Part shown: positions 17,957 through 27,115 of the stretch, piece by piece | Layout: every line of letters starts with the position of its first letter | Numbering within the stretch: position 1 is the first letter of the stretch | Source of the DNA: Elainellaceae cyanobacterium | Lineage (GTDB): Bacteria; Cyanobacteriota; Cyanobacteriia; CAZCXK01 | Direction of reading: 5' to 3' | NCBI GenBank assembly: GCA_051117555.1 | Contig: JBNPEG010000032.1 | Coordinates: 3,327-67,326 of the forward strand | DNA length: 64,000 nucleotides | Notes under the pieces: generated by a model | The model's database searches: none | Seen by the model: the letters and a program-made list of their open reading frames with translations, nothing else | What the model was told of the DNA's origin: nothing | Program-made: the position numbers and the translations under genes

Positions 17957-19024
17957 ATGTGTTATCGACATAACCCTATTCATTGCATCATTCCGCCCTA
18001 TATGTATGACAAGGCACTGGAAACGGGCGATCAGCAAATACGAGGAGAGGTATTAAAACTTGCCAAGCAATCTGCTCATTTTCGCAGCCAGCGATCGCTT
18101 CGGTATGAGCAGCCCACTCCCCTACAAAACGTGATGTCTCCGGGAACGGATTCCCATTCATTCGAATTGATTCGACGCGTTTACAATGCCCAAAATGCCG
18201 AAAACCTTCCGGGACAACTTGCTCGTAGTGAAGGGCAAGCCCCAACCGGAGATGTGACCATTGACGAAGCCTATGAGGGAGCTGGGGCAACCTGGCGACT
18301 TTACATGGAAGAGTATGGGCGCAACTCGATCGATGATAACGGGCTGATCCTCGACCAGACCGTTCACTATGGCAATCAATTTAATAATGCTTTCTGGAAC
18401 GGTGAACAAATGGTCTATGGCGATGGAGACGGTGAGCTATTTACGCGATTCACCATCGACCTCGATATTATTGCCCACGAACTCACCCACGGAGTCACCC
18501 AGTACGAAGCCAAACTCGTTTACTACTATCAAGCGGGTGCGCTCAACGAATCATTTTCCGATGTGTTTGGTTCGCTAGTGAAACAGCGCGCCCTTGGGCA
18601 AGATGTCAAAACCGCCGACTGGCTGATCGGGGCAAATGTGTTGGTGGGCGATCGCTATGCCCTACGATCGATGAAAGCGCCCGGAACTGCCTATGTCGAT
18701 CACCCCATTCTGGGGACTGATCCGCAACCCGCTACGATGGATGACTATCTAACGTTGCCTCCCTGGGAAGATAATGGAGGCGTTCACCTCAACTCTGGTG
18801 TCCCAAACTATGCGTTTTATCTTGCCGCGATGGAAATCGGTGGTAAAGCTTGGGAAAAGGCTGGATTAATCTGGTACCGCGCCCTAACCGATCGCCTCGG
18901 GCGACTCTCTAGCTTCAAGAAAGCGGCTCGCGTCACAGTCGATATTGCACGTGAGGAGTTTGGAAAAGGAAGTTTAGAAGAAAAAGCTGTCAAGAAGGCA
19001 TGGAAAGATGTAAAAGTGCTGTAG
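17957..19024 (+). CDS. M4 (thermolysin-family) metallopeptidase, protealysin-like (no signal peptide, short propeptide)
   Basis: HELTHGV zinc motif and GALNESFSDVFG third ligand. HEXXH sits near residue 175, so only about 35-50 aa precede the mature domain. The N-terminus contains IIPPYMY. Confidence 0.85.
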   Translation: MCYRHNPIHCIIPPYMYDKALETGDQQIRGEVLKLAKQSAHFRSQRSLRYEQPTPLQNVMSPGTDSHSFELIRRVYNAQNAENLPGQLARSEGQAPTGDVTIDEAYEGAGATWRLYMEEYGRNSIDDNGLILDQTVHYGNQFNNAFWNGEQMVYGDGDGELFTRFTIDLDIIAHELTHGVTQYEAKLVYYYQAGALNESFSDVFGSLVKQRALGQDVKTADWLIGANVLVGDRYALRSMKAPGTAYVDHPILGTDPQPATMDDYLTLPPWEDNGGVHLNSGVPNYAFYLAAMEIGGKAWEKAGLIWYRALTDRLGRLSSFKKAARVTVDIAREEFGKGSLEEKAVKKAWKDVKVL

Positions 19025-19189
19025 GCCGAGATGGAAATGGGATGTAGGGTGTAGGTCATGAATGTAAGGCTGCCGGAATATATTCACCCTTTAGTAAGCA
19101 CTATTGAGTAAACGCTAGAGGAAGCCTCGTCTCCCAAACTCCCTACATCTCATATCGCCTTGTGCTCTTTGGGTTGGAATGCCGAACAT

Positions 19190-19245
19190 GAGTCTCCCGC
19201 AGCACTAGGGCTCTGCCCCTAAATCTGAGCCTGTAGGGCTATATT
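19190..19245. repeat. Dispersed repeat family, copy a (3-prime module AAATCTGAGCCTGTAGGGCTATAT)
   Basis: It shares the module with 35244-35340, 53653-53747 and 55986-56045. Confidence 0.8.
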
Positions 19246-19310
19246 TTCTTACCTTACTCATTTCATTTCCGTCTTCTCCTATTCGCACGTCTCGTCACGG
19301 AGATTTCATC

Positions 19311-19613
19311 ATGAAAATTAAATTTAGACAAACGGGTGGCTTTGCCGGACTCGTGAAATCGGCAGAAATTGACACTGAGCAGTTGCCGGATAACGAATCG
19401 GGTATGGTGCAGTCTTGGATTGAACACGCAAATTTTTGGTCAATGTCGGCTCCGTCGGGGCGATCGCTCCCCGATCAAGAGCAGTATTCGATTACCATCG
19501 AGACAGATGGGCAATCACGCACGATGCGTATGGGGCGGTCCGCAGTTCCAACCGAATTGAAGCCCTTAGTTGAATTTGTGGCATCGCGTGCGACCTATGA
19601 AAAACGTCGATAG
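19311..19613 (+). CDS. Emfourin-like small protein (putative M4 protease inhibitor)
   Basis: 100 aa, directly downstream of the protealysin-like gene. The N-terminus MKIKFRQTGGFAGL resembles the emfourin family as I recall it. Not verified by search. Confidence 0.5.
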   Translation: MKIKFRQTGGFAGLVKSAEIDTEQLPDNESGMVQSWIEHANFWSMSAPSGRSLPDQEQYSITIETDGQSRTMRMGRSAVPTELKPLVEFVASRATYEKRR

Positions 19614-19641
19614 CAGACTCTCTGCTGATCACTGACGAACT

Positions 19642-20103
19642 ATGATCACCAAACGACTGGGGCTAAGCATAGCGGCGCTGGCGATCGCCTTGCTGATTGG
19701 CATCGGGCTAATCACCTCACAAACCAAAAGCCATAATTCAGCATCTCAGGCTGTTACAATGGGTCGACCCTTTGACCTGAATCTAGACCAGACGGTAACG
19801 GTTGAGCCGAGTGACCTCAACGTAACGTTGCTTAACATTGAAGATTCACGATGCCCATCTGGGGTGCAGTGCCCGTGGGAGGGGCAGGTAACGACGACCC
19901 TTGAAGTACGTCGAGGGGATAGTGTGATTCGCCAGATCGACTTGACGCGCCATGTCGGGCAACGCGAGTTAGCGACTCAATCAATCGATGGCTATTCATT
20001 AGAGCTGATTGAGGTCGATCCCCATCCGCAAGCCGAGCGATCGCTCGAACCGTCTGACTATGCGGCGACATTCATGCTTACAGATGTCGTGTCCCAAGAC
20101 TAA
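19642..20103 (+). CDS. Signal-anchored hypothetical protein with a DSRCPSGVQCPWEGQV motif
   Basis: An N-terminal hydrophobic helix is followed by a beta-rich domain of about 110 aa with two Cys. It starts 29 bp after the previous gene. No family was recognised. Confidence 0.5.
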   Translation: MITKRLGLSIAALAIALLIGIGLITSQTKSHNSASQAVTMGRPFDLNLDQTVTVEPSDLNVTLLNIEDSRCPSGVQCPWEGQVTTTLEVRRGDSVIRQIDLTRHVGQRELATQSIDGYSLELIEVDPHPQAERSLEPSDYAATFMLTDVVSQD

Positions 20104-20166
20104 GCCATTGCGGAATATTGACAAAATTTGGCAGATCCCCGCATTCTACAGCAATATCATCATTAA

Positions 20167-20239
20167 TGGAGGTAAGGAGACTCGAACTCCTGACGTCCTG
20201 CTTGCAAAGCAGGCGCTCTACCAACTGAGCTATACCCCC
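20167..20239 (-). tRNA. tRNA-Ala (anticodon UGC)
   Basis: The reverse complement is GGGGGTATAGCTCAGTTGGTAGAGCGCCTGCTTTGCAAGCAGGACGTCAGGAGTTCGAGTCTCCTTACCTCCA. It has a G3:U70 pair, a cloverleaf fold, and no encoded CCA. Confidence 0.95.
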
Positions 20240-20348
20240 ACGATCACCTACGAAGCCAAAACTTCAATCATTCTACTCCTTTAATGGCATTCTAGTGCAA
20301 CTTTCAAACTGGATTACGCGTTCGATACGCTGCTAGTTATTCGAGCCA

Positions 20349-20570
20349 TCAAACGTTCGCGCTCAGCGGACGTTTGATGGGCAACCGTTCCCAGTCATCT
20401 TGATCTCGAATATCTGCGAATATTCCCGCCGGATCTTCGTGAAAATGGAGAAACGCTTTTGATTTTCGATAGAATATGCCTCGCTTCTTCTCTTTTATCC
20501 CTTTGCATTGACGAAGTTCGGTCAAAACCTGTTCGATTTGATCAAGAGTCGCATCACTAGCATGTTTCAT
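20349..20570 (-). CDS. Small hypothetical protein (73 aa from the internal Met)
   Basis: The full 107-aa ORF would abut the divergent trhO start by 2 bp, so MKHASD is the likelier start. No family was recognised. Confidence 0.4.
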   Translation of the reverse strand: MKHASDATLDQIEQVLTELRQCKGIKEKKRGIFYRKSKAFLHFHEDPAGIFADIRDQDDWERLPIKRPLSANV

Positions 20571-20674
20571 GGCGATCGCGCCTTCACGACTGTGTTCTAA
20601 ATTTCTTACAATTAAATCTCTTCGTTGTCTCGCAATTTTCTCATAATTCTTTAGCAATCTTCTCGTCTTCAATC

Positions 20675-21502
20675 ATGTCTCAGGTTGTTGCGACCTTCTA
20701 TAAATTTGTCCACTTAGCTGACGCCGCCGATAAGCTGGAGCCAATCTTAACGGTGTGTCAACATCAGGGCGCTAAAGGAACGATTCTACTAGCAGCCGAA
20801 GGCATCAACGGCACCATCGCCGGGACGCGAGAGGCGATCGATTCGGTGCTGTCATTCTTAAGGGCGGATGCTCGGTTGGCAGATTTAGAGCATAAAGAAT
20901 CGTATGCAGATGCGCCCCCCTTTGATCGGATGAAAGTCAAGCTCAAAGCGGAAATCGTCACGCTTGGAATGCCAGAGATTGATCCGAGTCAGCAGGTTGG
21001 CAGATATGTCAGCGCTGAGGAATGGAACCAGTTGATTTCTAATCCAACGGTGACCGTTATCGATATGCGAAATGACTATGAGGTTAAAATCGGCACATTT
21101 GATAGGGCGAAGAATCCAGAATTAAAGTCGTTTCGGCAGTTTCCCGACTACGCGCGATCGCACCTTGATCCGAGTCAGCACCGAAAAGTTGCGATGTTTT
21201 GCACCGGGGGGATTCGGTGTGAAAAAGCAACCTCTTTCCTCATTAACCAGGGGTTTGATGAGGTCTATCACCTAAAAGGCGGCATCCTTAAATATTTAGA
21301 AGATGTTGCTCCCGGCCAGAGCCTCTGGCGGGGAGAATGTTTTGTCTTTGATCAGCGAGTCGCCGTCACACACGGTGTCGAGCCAGGTTCGTACGATATG
21401 TGCAGAGGATGCGGAAACCCCGTCTCAGCAGAAGATAAGGCATCTCAGCAGTATCAAGAAGGGGTATGCTGTCCGCATTGCTATGAACGCAAACGCATAT
21501 AG
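20675..21502 (+). CDS. trhO: Rhodanese-related sulfurtransferase / tRNA U34 hydroxylase (UPF0176, TrhO/YceA family)
   Basis: N-terminus ATFYKFVHL...[14 protein letters not shown], rhodanese active-site loop [11 protein letters not shown], and a C-terminal Cys cluster. Confidence 0.8.
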   Translation: MSQVVATFYKFVHLADAADKLEPILTVCQHQGAKGTILLAAEGINGTIAGTREAIDSVLSFLRADARLADLEHKESYADAPPFDRMKVKLKAEIVTLGMPEIDPSQQVGRYVSAEEWNQLISNPTVTVIDMRNDYEVKIGTFDRAKNPELKSFRQFPDYARSHLDPSQHRKVAMFCTGGIRCEKATSFLINQGFDEVYHLKGGILKYLEDVAPGQSLWRGECFVFDQRVAVTHGVEPGSYDMCRGCGNPVSAEDKASQQYQEGVCCPHCYERKRI

Positions 21503-21552
21503 CAATTTGCTAATCTCTGCTGTTTTAGGAAGGTTAATAGGAATGGAATGAT

Positions 21553-22203
21553 TCACCAGAAATAGCCCTGCTTCACGTCGGTTTGCCTTTGATTGGGATC
21601 ATAGTGTAGTAGGTATTCTCTGGCGATCGCCCCTTGTTCTCTCAGCATCTTGACTTCCTTATCTCGAATCTCGGTGTCGGTAGAGAGTAAGATTACCTGA
21701 TGGCTGGCTTGGGGAAAGTACCGTTCCACTAAGTGCTTGCGGTGTTTGGAGTCGAGGCGTCCCAAAGGGGTGTCGATAGCGATTGGGAGCTGACGACGAC
21801 TGAGACTAGCCAGTCCCCAGAGAAAGGCGATCGCCAAAAGCTGTTTTTCTCCAGCGGAAAGGCGATGAGTTGGGATGAGTTGTCCTTCCGTGCCATAGAG
21901 ATCGAGTTGAAACGTCTCGGCGTTGACCAAAATACGATGAACCAAAGAAGACTTGTACAACAGCATCAAAAAGTATTAGGTGATGAGCTGTTCCAGGTCG
22001 TTGAGTTTGCGCTGGGTGAGGCGATCGCACTGAGCCCGTTGACCGTAGAGTGCAAGGCGAATGGCATCCATAATGGTGGTTTTGCCGCCTCCGTTTAGAC
22101 CGCCAATGAGGATAATCGGATGGTTTGCGGTCGTGGATAAATCGAGAGACTGTTGTCCGTAGTAGGGGCCAAAGTTTTGCAAAATCAGTTCTTCGAAGAT
22201 CAC
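21553..22203 (-). pseudogene. dndD: dndD-like SMC/ABC ATPase remnant: N-terminal Walker A head and C-terminal signature/Walker B head in the same frame, separated by a TAA; the coiled-coil middle is missing
   Basis: The N-terminal part is MIFEELILQNFGPYYG...LIGGLNGGGKTTIMDAIRLALYG. The C-terminal part is LSAGEKQLLAIAFLWGLA...LPIAIDTPLGRLDSKHR...ASHQVILLSTD...GYFW. The TAA is at 21976-21978. Full-length DndD is about 650 aa. Confidence 0.75.
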
Positions 22204-22209
22204 AGATTT

Positions 22210-22647
22210 CTACTTTTTTTTCTTTGATGAATTGGCCCGTCCAAATCCTTTTCCAGTGGGGTTTTGCTTACCACTACTACGCTGAGTTTTAGATCTTACG
22301 ATCTGTTCAGGGTTTTCTTGTTCGCCTTGCGATGCTCCGGTCATTGAAAGCAGGATCAAAAATCCCATCGAGAGAGATTGTACTGGGGGAATCATGATGG
22401 CGATTAAACTCAGAGGAATGCCGAGGATAAAAAGCCAGATCAGATGAAAAGGAGACAAATGAAAGGTCAACACAATGGCGATCGCCACAATCCACAGCAA
22501 TGCCATTGGGATTAGGGCTGGAAATAGGCCGCCTCCGTCTAGTGCAGAATGCCGGAGTGAGAGAGTGAGCCATAGCACTGATAGAATCGCGATTCCCAGC
22601 ACGATATTTTCGGCAATATTTACATTTGCAATGCCCAACATTGACAC
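22210..22647 (-). CDS. Small membrane protein with a basic C-terminal tail
   Basis: 145 aa with four hydrophobic helices and a lysine-rich tail. Its stop lies 6 nt before the dndD-like start. Confidence 0.5.
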   Translation of the reverse strand: MSMLGIANVNIAENIVLGIAILSVLWLTLSLRHSALDGGGLFPALIPMALLWIVAIAIVLTFHLSPFHLIWLFILGIPLSLIAIMIPPVQSLSMGFLILLSMTGASQGEQENPEQIVRSKTQRSSGKQNPTGKGFGRANSSKKKK

Positions 22648-22740
22648 ACCTCCTCGTCATTGTTAAGAGTCTCGTGCCTTTACTCTAATATTGAACGCGA
22701 TCTCTTCATCCACTCATCTCACGTCCCAATGTTTTATCCC

Positions 22741-23349
22741 TCATCCTTTTTCCCAAATTTCACTTCTGCCCATTGTTTTGCAGCGGTTTTGGTATGCTTC
22801 CCGATTCGGCAAGAAGAGAGGTTCATGATTGAACTCTCGCATCATTCGTGATTTCTCCGGTGGTTCTTCAGTAATGCGATCGCCCGGTACGATAATCCGA
22901 TAATCGTCACTGATACCAAACCAACCGCGATCAAATGCCCAATGATGGTTTTTTCAGAGGGCTAACCCATTTGTGAAGCGATCGTCTCGAAATTCTGAAA
23001 AGGGTTTAATGTGTGCGCCATCCACAATAGTTTGCCCATCCCAACTCACCACTCGCATCTTGCAAAATGCGCACCGCTGGTCATACAGCTTCACCACATT
23101 GCGCCGAAACGCCGCATTCCGCACAAAAATGCGATCCTCATCCTTCAGTTCATTCACGCTGTAGATTGCACCGCAAGAGTCAAACAGACTCCGCTGAATC
23201 GCACCAAACTCGTCATACTTGAATGTCTCGAAAATCGTGCCGCCTCAGTCAGGAAACCAGGCTTGAATCAACACCGTCGTCAACTCTGCCCGTGTCTTTG
23301 GATCACTCAGCAGGTGAAACAGTTCCCTATCTAGATAGGCGTACTTCAC
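22741..23349 (-). pseudogene. HNH endonuclease reading frame with two in-frame TGA codons (23245-23247 and 22954-22956)
   Basis: The continuous frame is VKYAYLDRELFHLL...AWFPD*GGTIFETF...DQRCAFCKMRV...VDGAHIKPF...NGLAL*KNHHWAFDRGWFGISDDYRIIV...WEKG. The second TGA sits where HNH proteins have a conserved Cys. Confidence 0.75.
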
Positions 23350-23390
23350 CGCCGCTCGCCACTACGCAAACTCTCAACCCCCAATCCACC

Positions 23391-24077
23391 TCAGCCACTA
23401 AAAACCTGAATCAACCAGCGATTAATCTCCCCATCATCCTGCGTCTCGCTCCGACAAAGCGCCTCCTCTACCAGAGCCATATCTAAACCCACCAACACCT
23501 GCGACACACGGATCTGTCGGCTTCCCCCGTCTTGCACCTCAAAGGCCAGCACCTCTCGCGCATTCACATCCACCACCCAATATTCCCGGACTCCCAACCG
23601 TTCATAGAGCAGCCGCTTTCGCCCCAAATCATCATCGAGCGAGGTAGAAGCAATCTCAACCACAAGCTGGGGCGCACCAAACTCATCCACATCCACAGGC
23701 AAGTTACCCCGTGGCGGTAAGCGAAATAGTGCCCCTGAACCTCGTTCAGCATTGGGTTCCACATAAAAAGCAATATCGGGTTGCCCCTCCCGGACGCCTT
23801 GCCTACGAAAGCTTGTATTGGTTAATTCAGCGCTGCGAAAGTTTTTCAAGGCTGTAAACAAGCTCACCAACGTCGAAACGATCGAATTTTCGCGCCCATG
23901 CAATGGCCCCAGTGGAGACATCTCAATCCTCATCCAGCCATTATCGTAATAGCACCTACCCGACTCATAGGCTCGATCGCTCGTCAGCTTTACATAATCA
24001 TCCCAGGAAGCTTTAATCCACCGATCCTGAATATGTTCAGGGGTCAAATTTTCTAGATTGGGTAAGGCATTGACCAT
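23391..24077 (-). CDS. Uma2-family (DUF820) putative endonuclease
   Basis: PD-(D/E)xK-like core PDIAFYV...PQLVVEIASTS...KRLLYERLGVREYWVVD. Confidence 0.8.
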   Translation of the reverse strand: MVNALPNLENLTPEHIQDRWIKASWDDYVKLTSDRAYESGRCYYDNGWMRIEMSPLGPLHGRENSIVSTLVSLFTALKNFRSAELTNTSFRRQGVREGQPDIAFYVEPNAERGSGALFRLPPRGNLPVDVDEFGAPQLVVEIASTSLDDDLGRKRLLYERLGVREYWVVDVNAREVLAFEVQDGGSRQIRVSQVLVGLDMALVEEALCRSETQDDGEINRWLIQVFSG

Positions 24078-24228
24078 CGTTTTACCCTTCGTTCATCCAT
24101 CTATCGTAATCTGCGTAAAAGTTAAATGCGAATACAAACGTCTTAGAAAAGGGAATCTCAAATTACAATTCCCTCATTGTTCACGGCATGACCTCATCTA
24201 GCATCAACGGTAACTCTGCAAATATGGA

Positions 24229-24789
24229 CTACGTAATCGTTTCACCAAGGCGAAAACGCTGCTGGCGATACTCACTCCCATCAAGCTGACACACCGTAAG
24301 CATCGGTTGTTTGGGCTTCCCAATAAATGCAATGCCCCCTAATCCTCGAAAATCGACAATCCAATATTCAGGAATGCCCAGAAACGCATACTCCTCCACC
24401 TTTCGAGCATGGTCATCCTGCCAATTGGTGCTGACCACCTCCACCACCAAGCAAATCGCGTTTCCACCGGTCAAAATAGGTTGCTTTTCCCACAGCGGTT
24501 CCTGAGCCAAATCCCTCTCATCGAGCACCACAACATCAGGGCGCAATGCTGTTGCCTCAGTTAAGGGAGGGCGAATCAAACAATTTTTGGGAATCGTCCA
24601 AGGCAATCCTAGTCGCAGAATTTCTGCAAACAAACGCCCTGCGACTTTGCCCGCCGTTGATTCGTGTGGCCCCGTAGATTCCAAATCTCGTAGGACTCCA
24701 TCGATCAACTCATACCGAGGATCATCCCCATACCGATCGAGAAAATCCTCAACAGATAATACTATCTGGGGCGTGTAAGACTGCATCAT
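24229..24789 (-). CDS. Uma2-family (DUF820) putative endonuclease
   Basis: Core RPDVVVLD...ICLVVEVVSTN...KVEEYAFLGIPEYWIVD. Confidence 0.8.
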   Translation of the reverse strand: MMQSYTPQIVLSVEDFLDRYGDDPRYELIDGVLRDLESTGPHESTAGKVAGRLFAEILRLGLPWTIPKNCLIRPPLTEATALRPDVVVLDERDLAQEPLWEKQPILTGGNAICLVVEVVSTNWQDDHARKVEEYAFLGIPEYWIVDFRGLGGIAFIGKPKQPMLTVCQLDGSEYRQQRFRLGETIT

Positions 24790-25370
24790 TCCCCTTCCTT
24801 TGGGCTCAACACCTTCGCAGCTGTCAACCCCAGCGCTGCAAACTGAGCCGAGCGGATCTCAGTTTCTCCCTCAAACTCTTCCACCTCATACCAGCCATCT
24901 ACCAGCGTCAACACCGACACCCGCTGCTGCTCCGGATCAACGATCCAATATTCTGGAATCCCCCGCGTTCCGTACTCCGACCGCTTGTAGCGGTAATCTC
25001 GATCTGCATTCGCCTTCCCCGGCGACACCACCTCCACCACCAGCAATGGCGCAGGCATTTCCTCCATAACCGTGCTGCGCCCACTCTGGTCTAACACCGC
25101 AGAGAGTTCCTCTCCCAGTATCATCAAATCTGGCATCCGCACCCGACTAGCAACAACAATTTCCGTGTTAGTTCGCATCCAATAAAACGGAACAGACCTC
25201 ACAAACTGAGTCATCAGAAACATGGCGATGACAATATTGTGCGGACTCTCCGGCGGCATCGTGATAATCTCCCCATCAACAAACTCTTGCCGCCCTTCGT
25301 ACTCGGCCTCAAGACTTAAGTAGTCTGCCAGAGACAGCTTCGTAGAAACCCCATCATCTGTAGAAACCAT
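24786..25370 (-). CDS. Uma2-family (DUF820) putative endonuclease
   Basis: Core MPDLMILG...PLLVVEVVSPG...KRSEYGTRGIPEYWIVD. A 4-bp ATGA overlap joins it to the downstream paralog. Confidence 0.8.
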   Translation of the reverse strand: MVSTDDGVSTKLSLADYLSLEAEYEGRQEFVDGEIITMPPESPHNIVIAMFLMTQFVRSVPFYWMRTNTEIVVASRVRMPDLMILGEELSAVLDQSGRSTVMEEMPAPLLVVEVVSPGKANADRDYRYKRSEYGTRGIPEYWIVDPEQQRVSVLTLVDGWYEVEEFEGETEIRSAQFAALGLTAAKVLSPKEGE

Positions 25371-25466
25371 CGCAAGTTCCCCCTTCCGTCCACGGCCATC
25401 CCAATTCTATCGACCCATCCACTCACCCACACATCCACACATCCACACGTCCATACATCCACTCAC

Positions 25467-25904
25467 TCATCCCATATCTACTCTTACTACCTCCGTCCAG
25501 GTAAACTCATTTGGACTTCGCCGCACTAGCGAATACGATCGCCCATAGCGCTCCATCTCCTCCGGCAGCGCATCCTCCTTTGCGGTGTAGCAGACCAGCA
25601 CATATTCCGCCCCAACTGACGGCTCCATTTCCGCTTCTACCTCATTCAGCCATTGGGTTTTGCTCACCAGCACCACCAACTGATCCGCCAGGGTCGTAAT
25701 CGCACTGGCAATATTGCTGCGATTCACCGAATCCAGACTGCCAAAAGGGGAATCCATCACGATTGGAAACCCTCCACGCTCCAGTTTAAGCCAGCGTTGG
25801 CGTAGCCGCTCTGAAAGAGCATCGCCCAGGTGCTGCGTAATGTGTGAATTGTAGGGAGTTGAGAGCAGTAACCTCGACAGCTTTATGAGAGAAGCCTGCC
25901 CCAA
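25467..25904 (-). pseudogene. C-terminal fragment of an SMC/DndD-like ABC ATPase (Walker B/D-loop only)
   Basis: It contains GFPIVMDSPFGSLDSVNR...LVVLVSKTQW but has no Walker A, no signature motif and no ATG start. Confidence 0.6.
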
Positions 25905-26640
25905 AACCCTTTGTTTTCTTTTTCAAGTTTTTCTATCTGGTTGAAGGCATCGCGATACCATTCGGTGTTGCCCTGCTGTTGATACAGCCTTGCCGCCGCC
26001 TGGTAATCCTGAATCGCCCCTTGCTGGTCGCCCAAAGCAGATTTGGCACGCCCGCGATTGTGGTAGGCATTGGAGTTTAGACTAAATCTATTCAAATTTG
26101 AGTACTGATCCGACGATTCCTCGTCATTTAGGGCTTCACTGAGAGAAGTTTTCGTATTTATTAAGGAGTTCGAGTCATTGCATCTGTCCACCAAAAAACC
26201 TAATAAATACGAAATGATGACTAGAGAGTCCTGTGTCGAAAGCTGTATAGCTTGAAATTTAACGCTTTTGGCATTGTACTCCTTGGTAGAGATGCTTCAA
26301 CTTAGTCTAAACTCCAGTTCATCAACCTTCAACCGATAAGGATCAGCGTCTTTTCGCCACACCACCCGTTGGCGTAGCTTTTCCAAAGGAAATTGCCCCC
26401 GCAACTGGGCACAGTGCTCCTCTAGACACCTTTCCTATCCTTGACAGTCGTAAATTGCTTTTACATCATCCAACAAGCCCCAGTTGCCCTCCTGCTGACT
26501 GAGCGAGAATTGTTGGGTGCCGCGAATGCTAATCTCTCCTATATTCACCGCTACCTGGATGCTGAGTTCTAGATAGATCCGCGATCGCGTCACACCGATT
26601 CTGCGAATTAAAGTTACTGATGCAGACCCTGAAAGCCTCC
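25883..26640 (-). pseudogene. TPR-containing gene with in-frame TAG (26435-26437) and TGA (26297-26299)
   Basis: A single frame reads ...IRRIGVTRSRIYLELSIQ...AIYDCQG*ERCLEEHCAQLRGQF...ELEFRLS*SISTKEY...then the TPR segment NAYHNRGRAKSALGDQQGAIQDYQAAARLYQQQG. Confidence 0.55.
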
Positions 26641-26656
26641 TAGCACTTGCGTCTAC

Positions 26657-26945
26657 AAATCCAAAATCGAAAATCCGAAATCGAAAATTGGCATAACCAG
26701 CTTCGGGAATGGCATAACCAGCTTCGGGAATGGCATAACTAGCTTCGGGAATGGCATAACCAGCTTCGGGAATGGCATATCCACGCTGGGGAATGGCATA
26801 ACCAGCTTCGGGAATGGCATAACCAGCTTCGGGAATGGCATATCCACGCTGGGGAATGGCATATCCATACTCGGGAATGGCATAACCACACTCGGAAATG
26901 GCATATCCACGCTGGGGAATCGCATATCGGATCTCCCGAATCGAG
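26657..26945. repeat. Heptamer run (AAAATCC/AAAATCG x5) followed by a 21-bp tandem array x12
   Basis: 21-bp units start every 21 bp from 26691 to 26922, in two variants: GCATAACCAGCTTCGGGAATG and GCATATCCACGCTGGGGAATG. Confidence 0.9.
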
Positions 26946-27115
26946 GAGAGTTAATGCGAGTCTGATTTAGAGATTAGATTCGAGGTTTCCCCTGTGTGGA
27001 GGATTCAGGGGGCGATCGCTCATTGACGGACAAAACTCTTTAAAGCTCTAATTCCTTCAATCAGTGAAGAAGACCGTTTAACGTTGCCTAAAAGCATCGA
27101 GCTTTCGCTGAGTCG

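Noticed and set aside
26653-26925. A 90-aa ORF made of MPFPKLV/MPFPSVD heptapeptide repeats. I also considered it as a CRISPR array.
   Set aside because: It is a translation artefact of the 21-bp tandem array. It is not a CRISPR array, because the units are contiguous with no unique spacers and there are no cas genes in the window.
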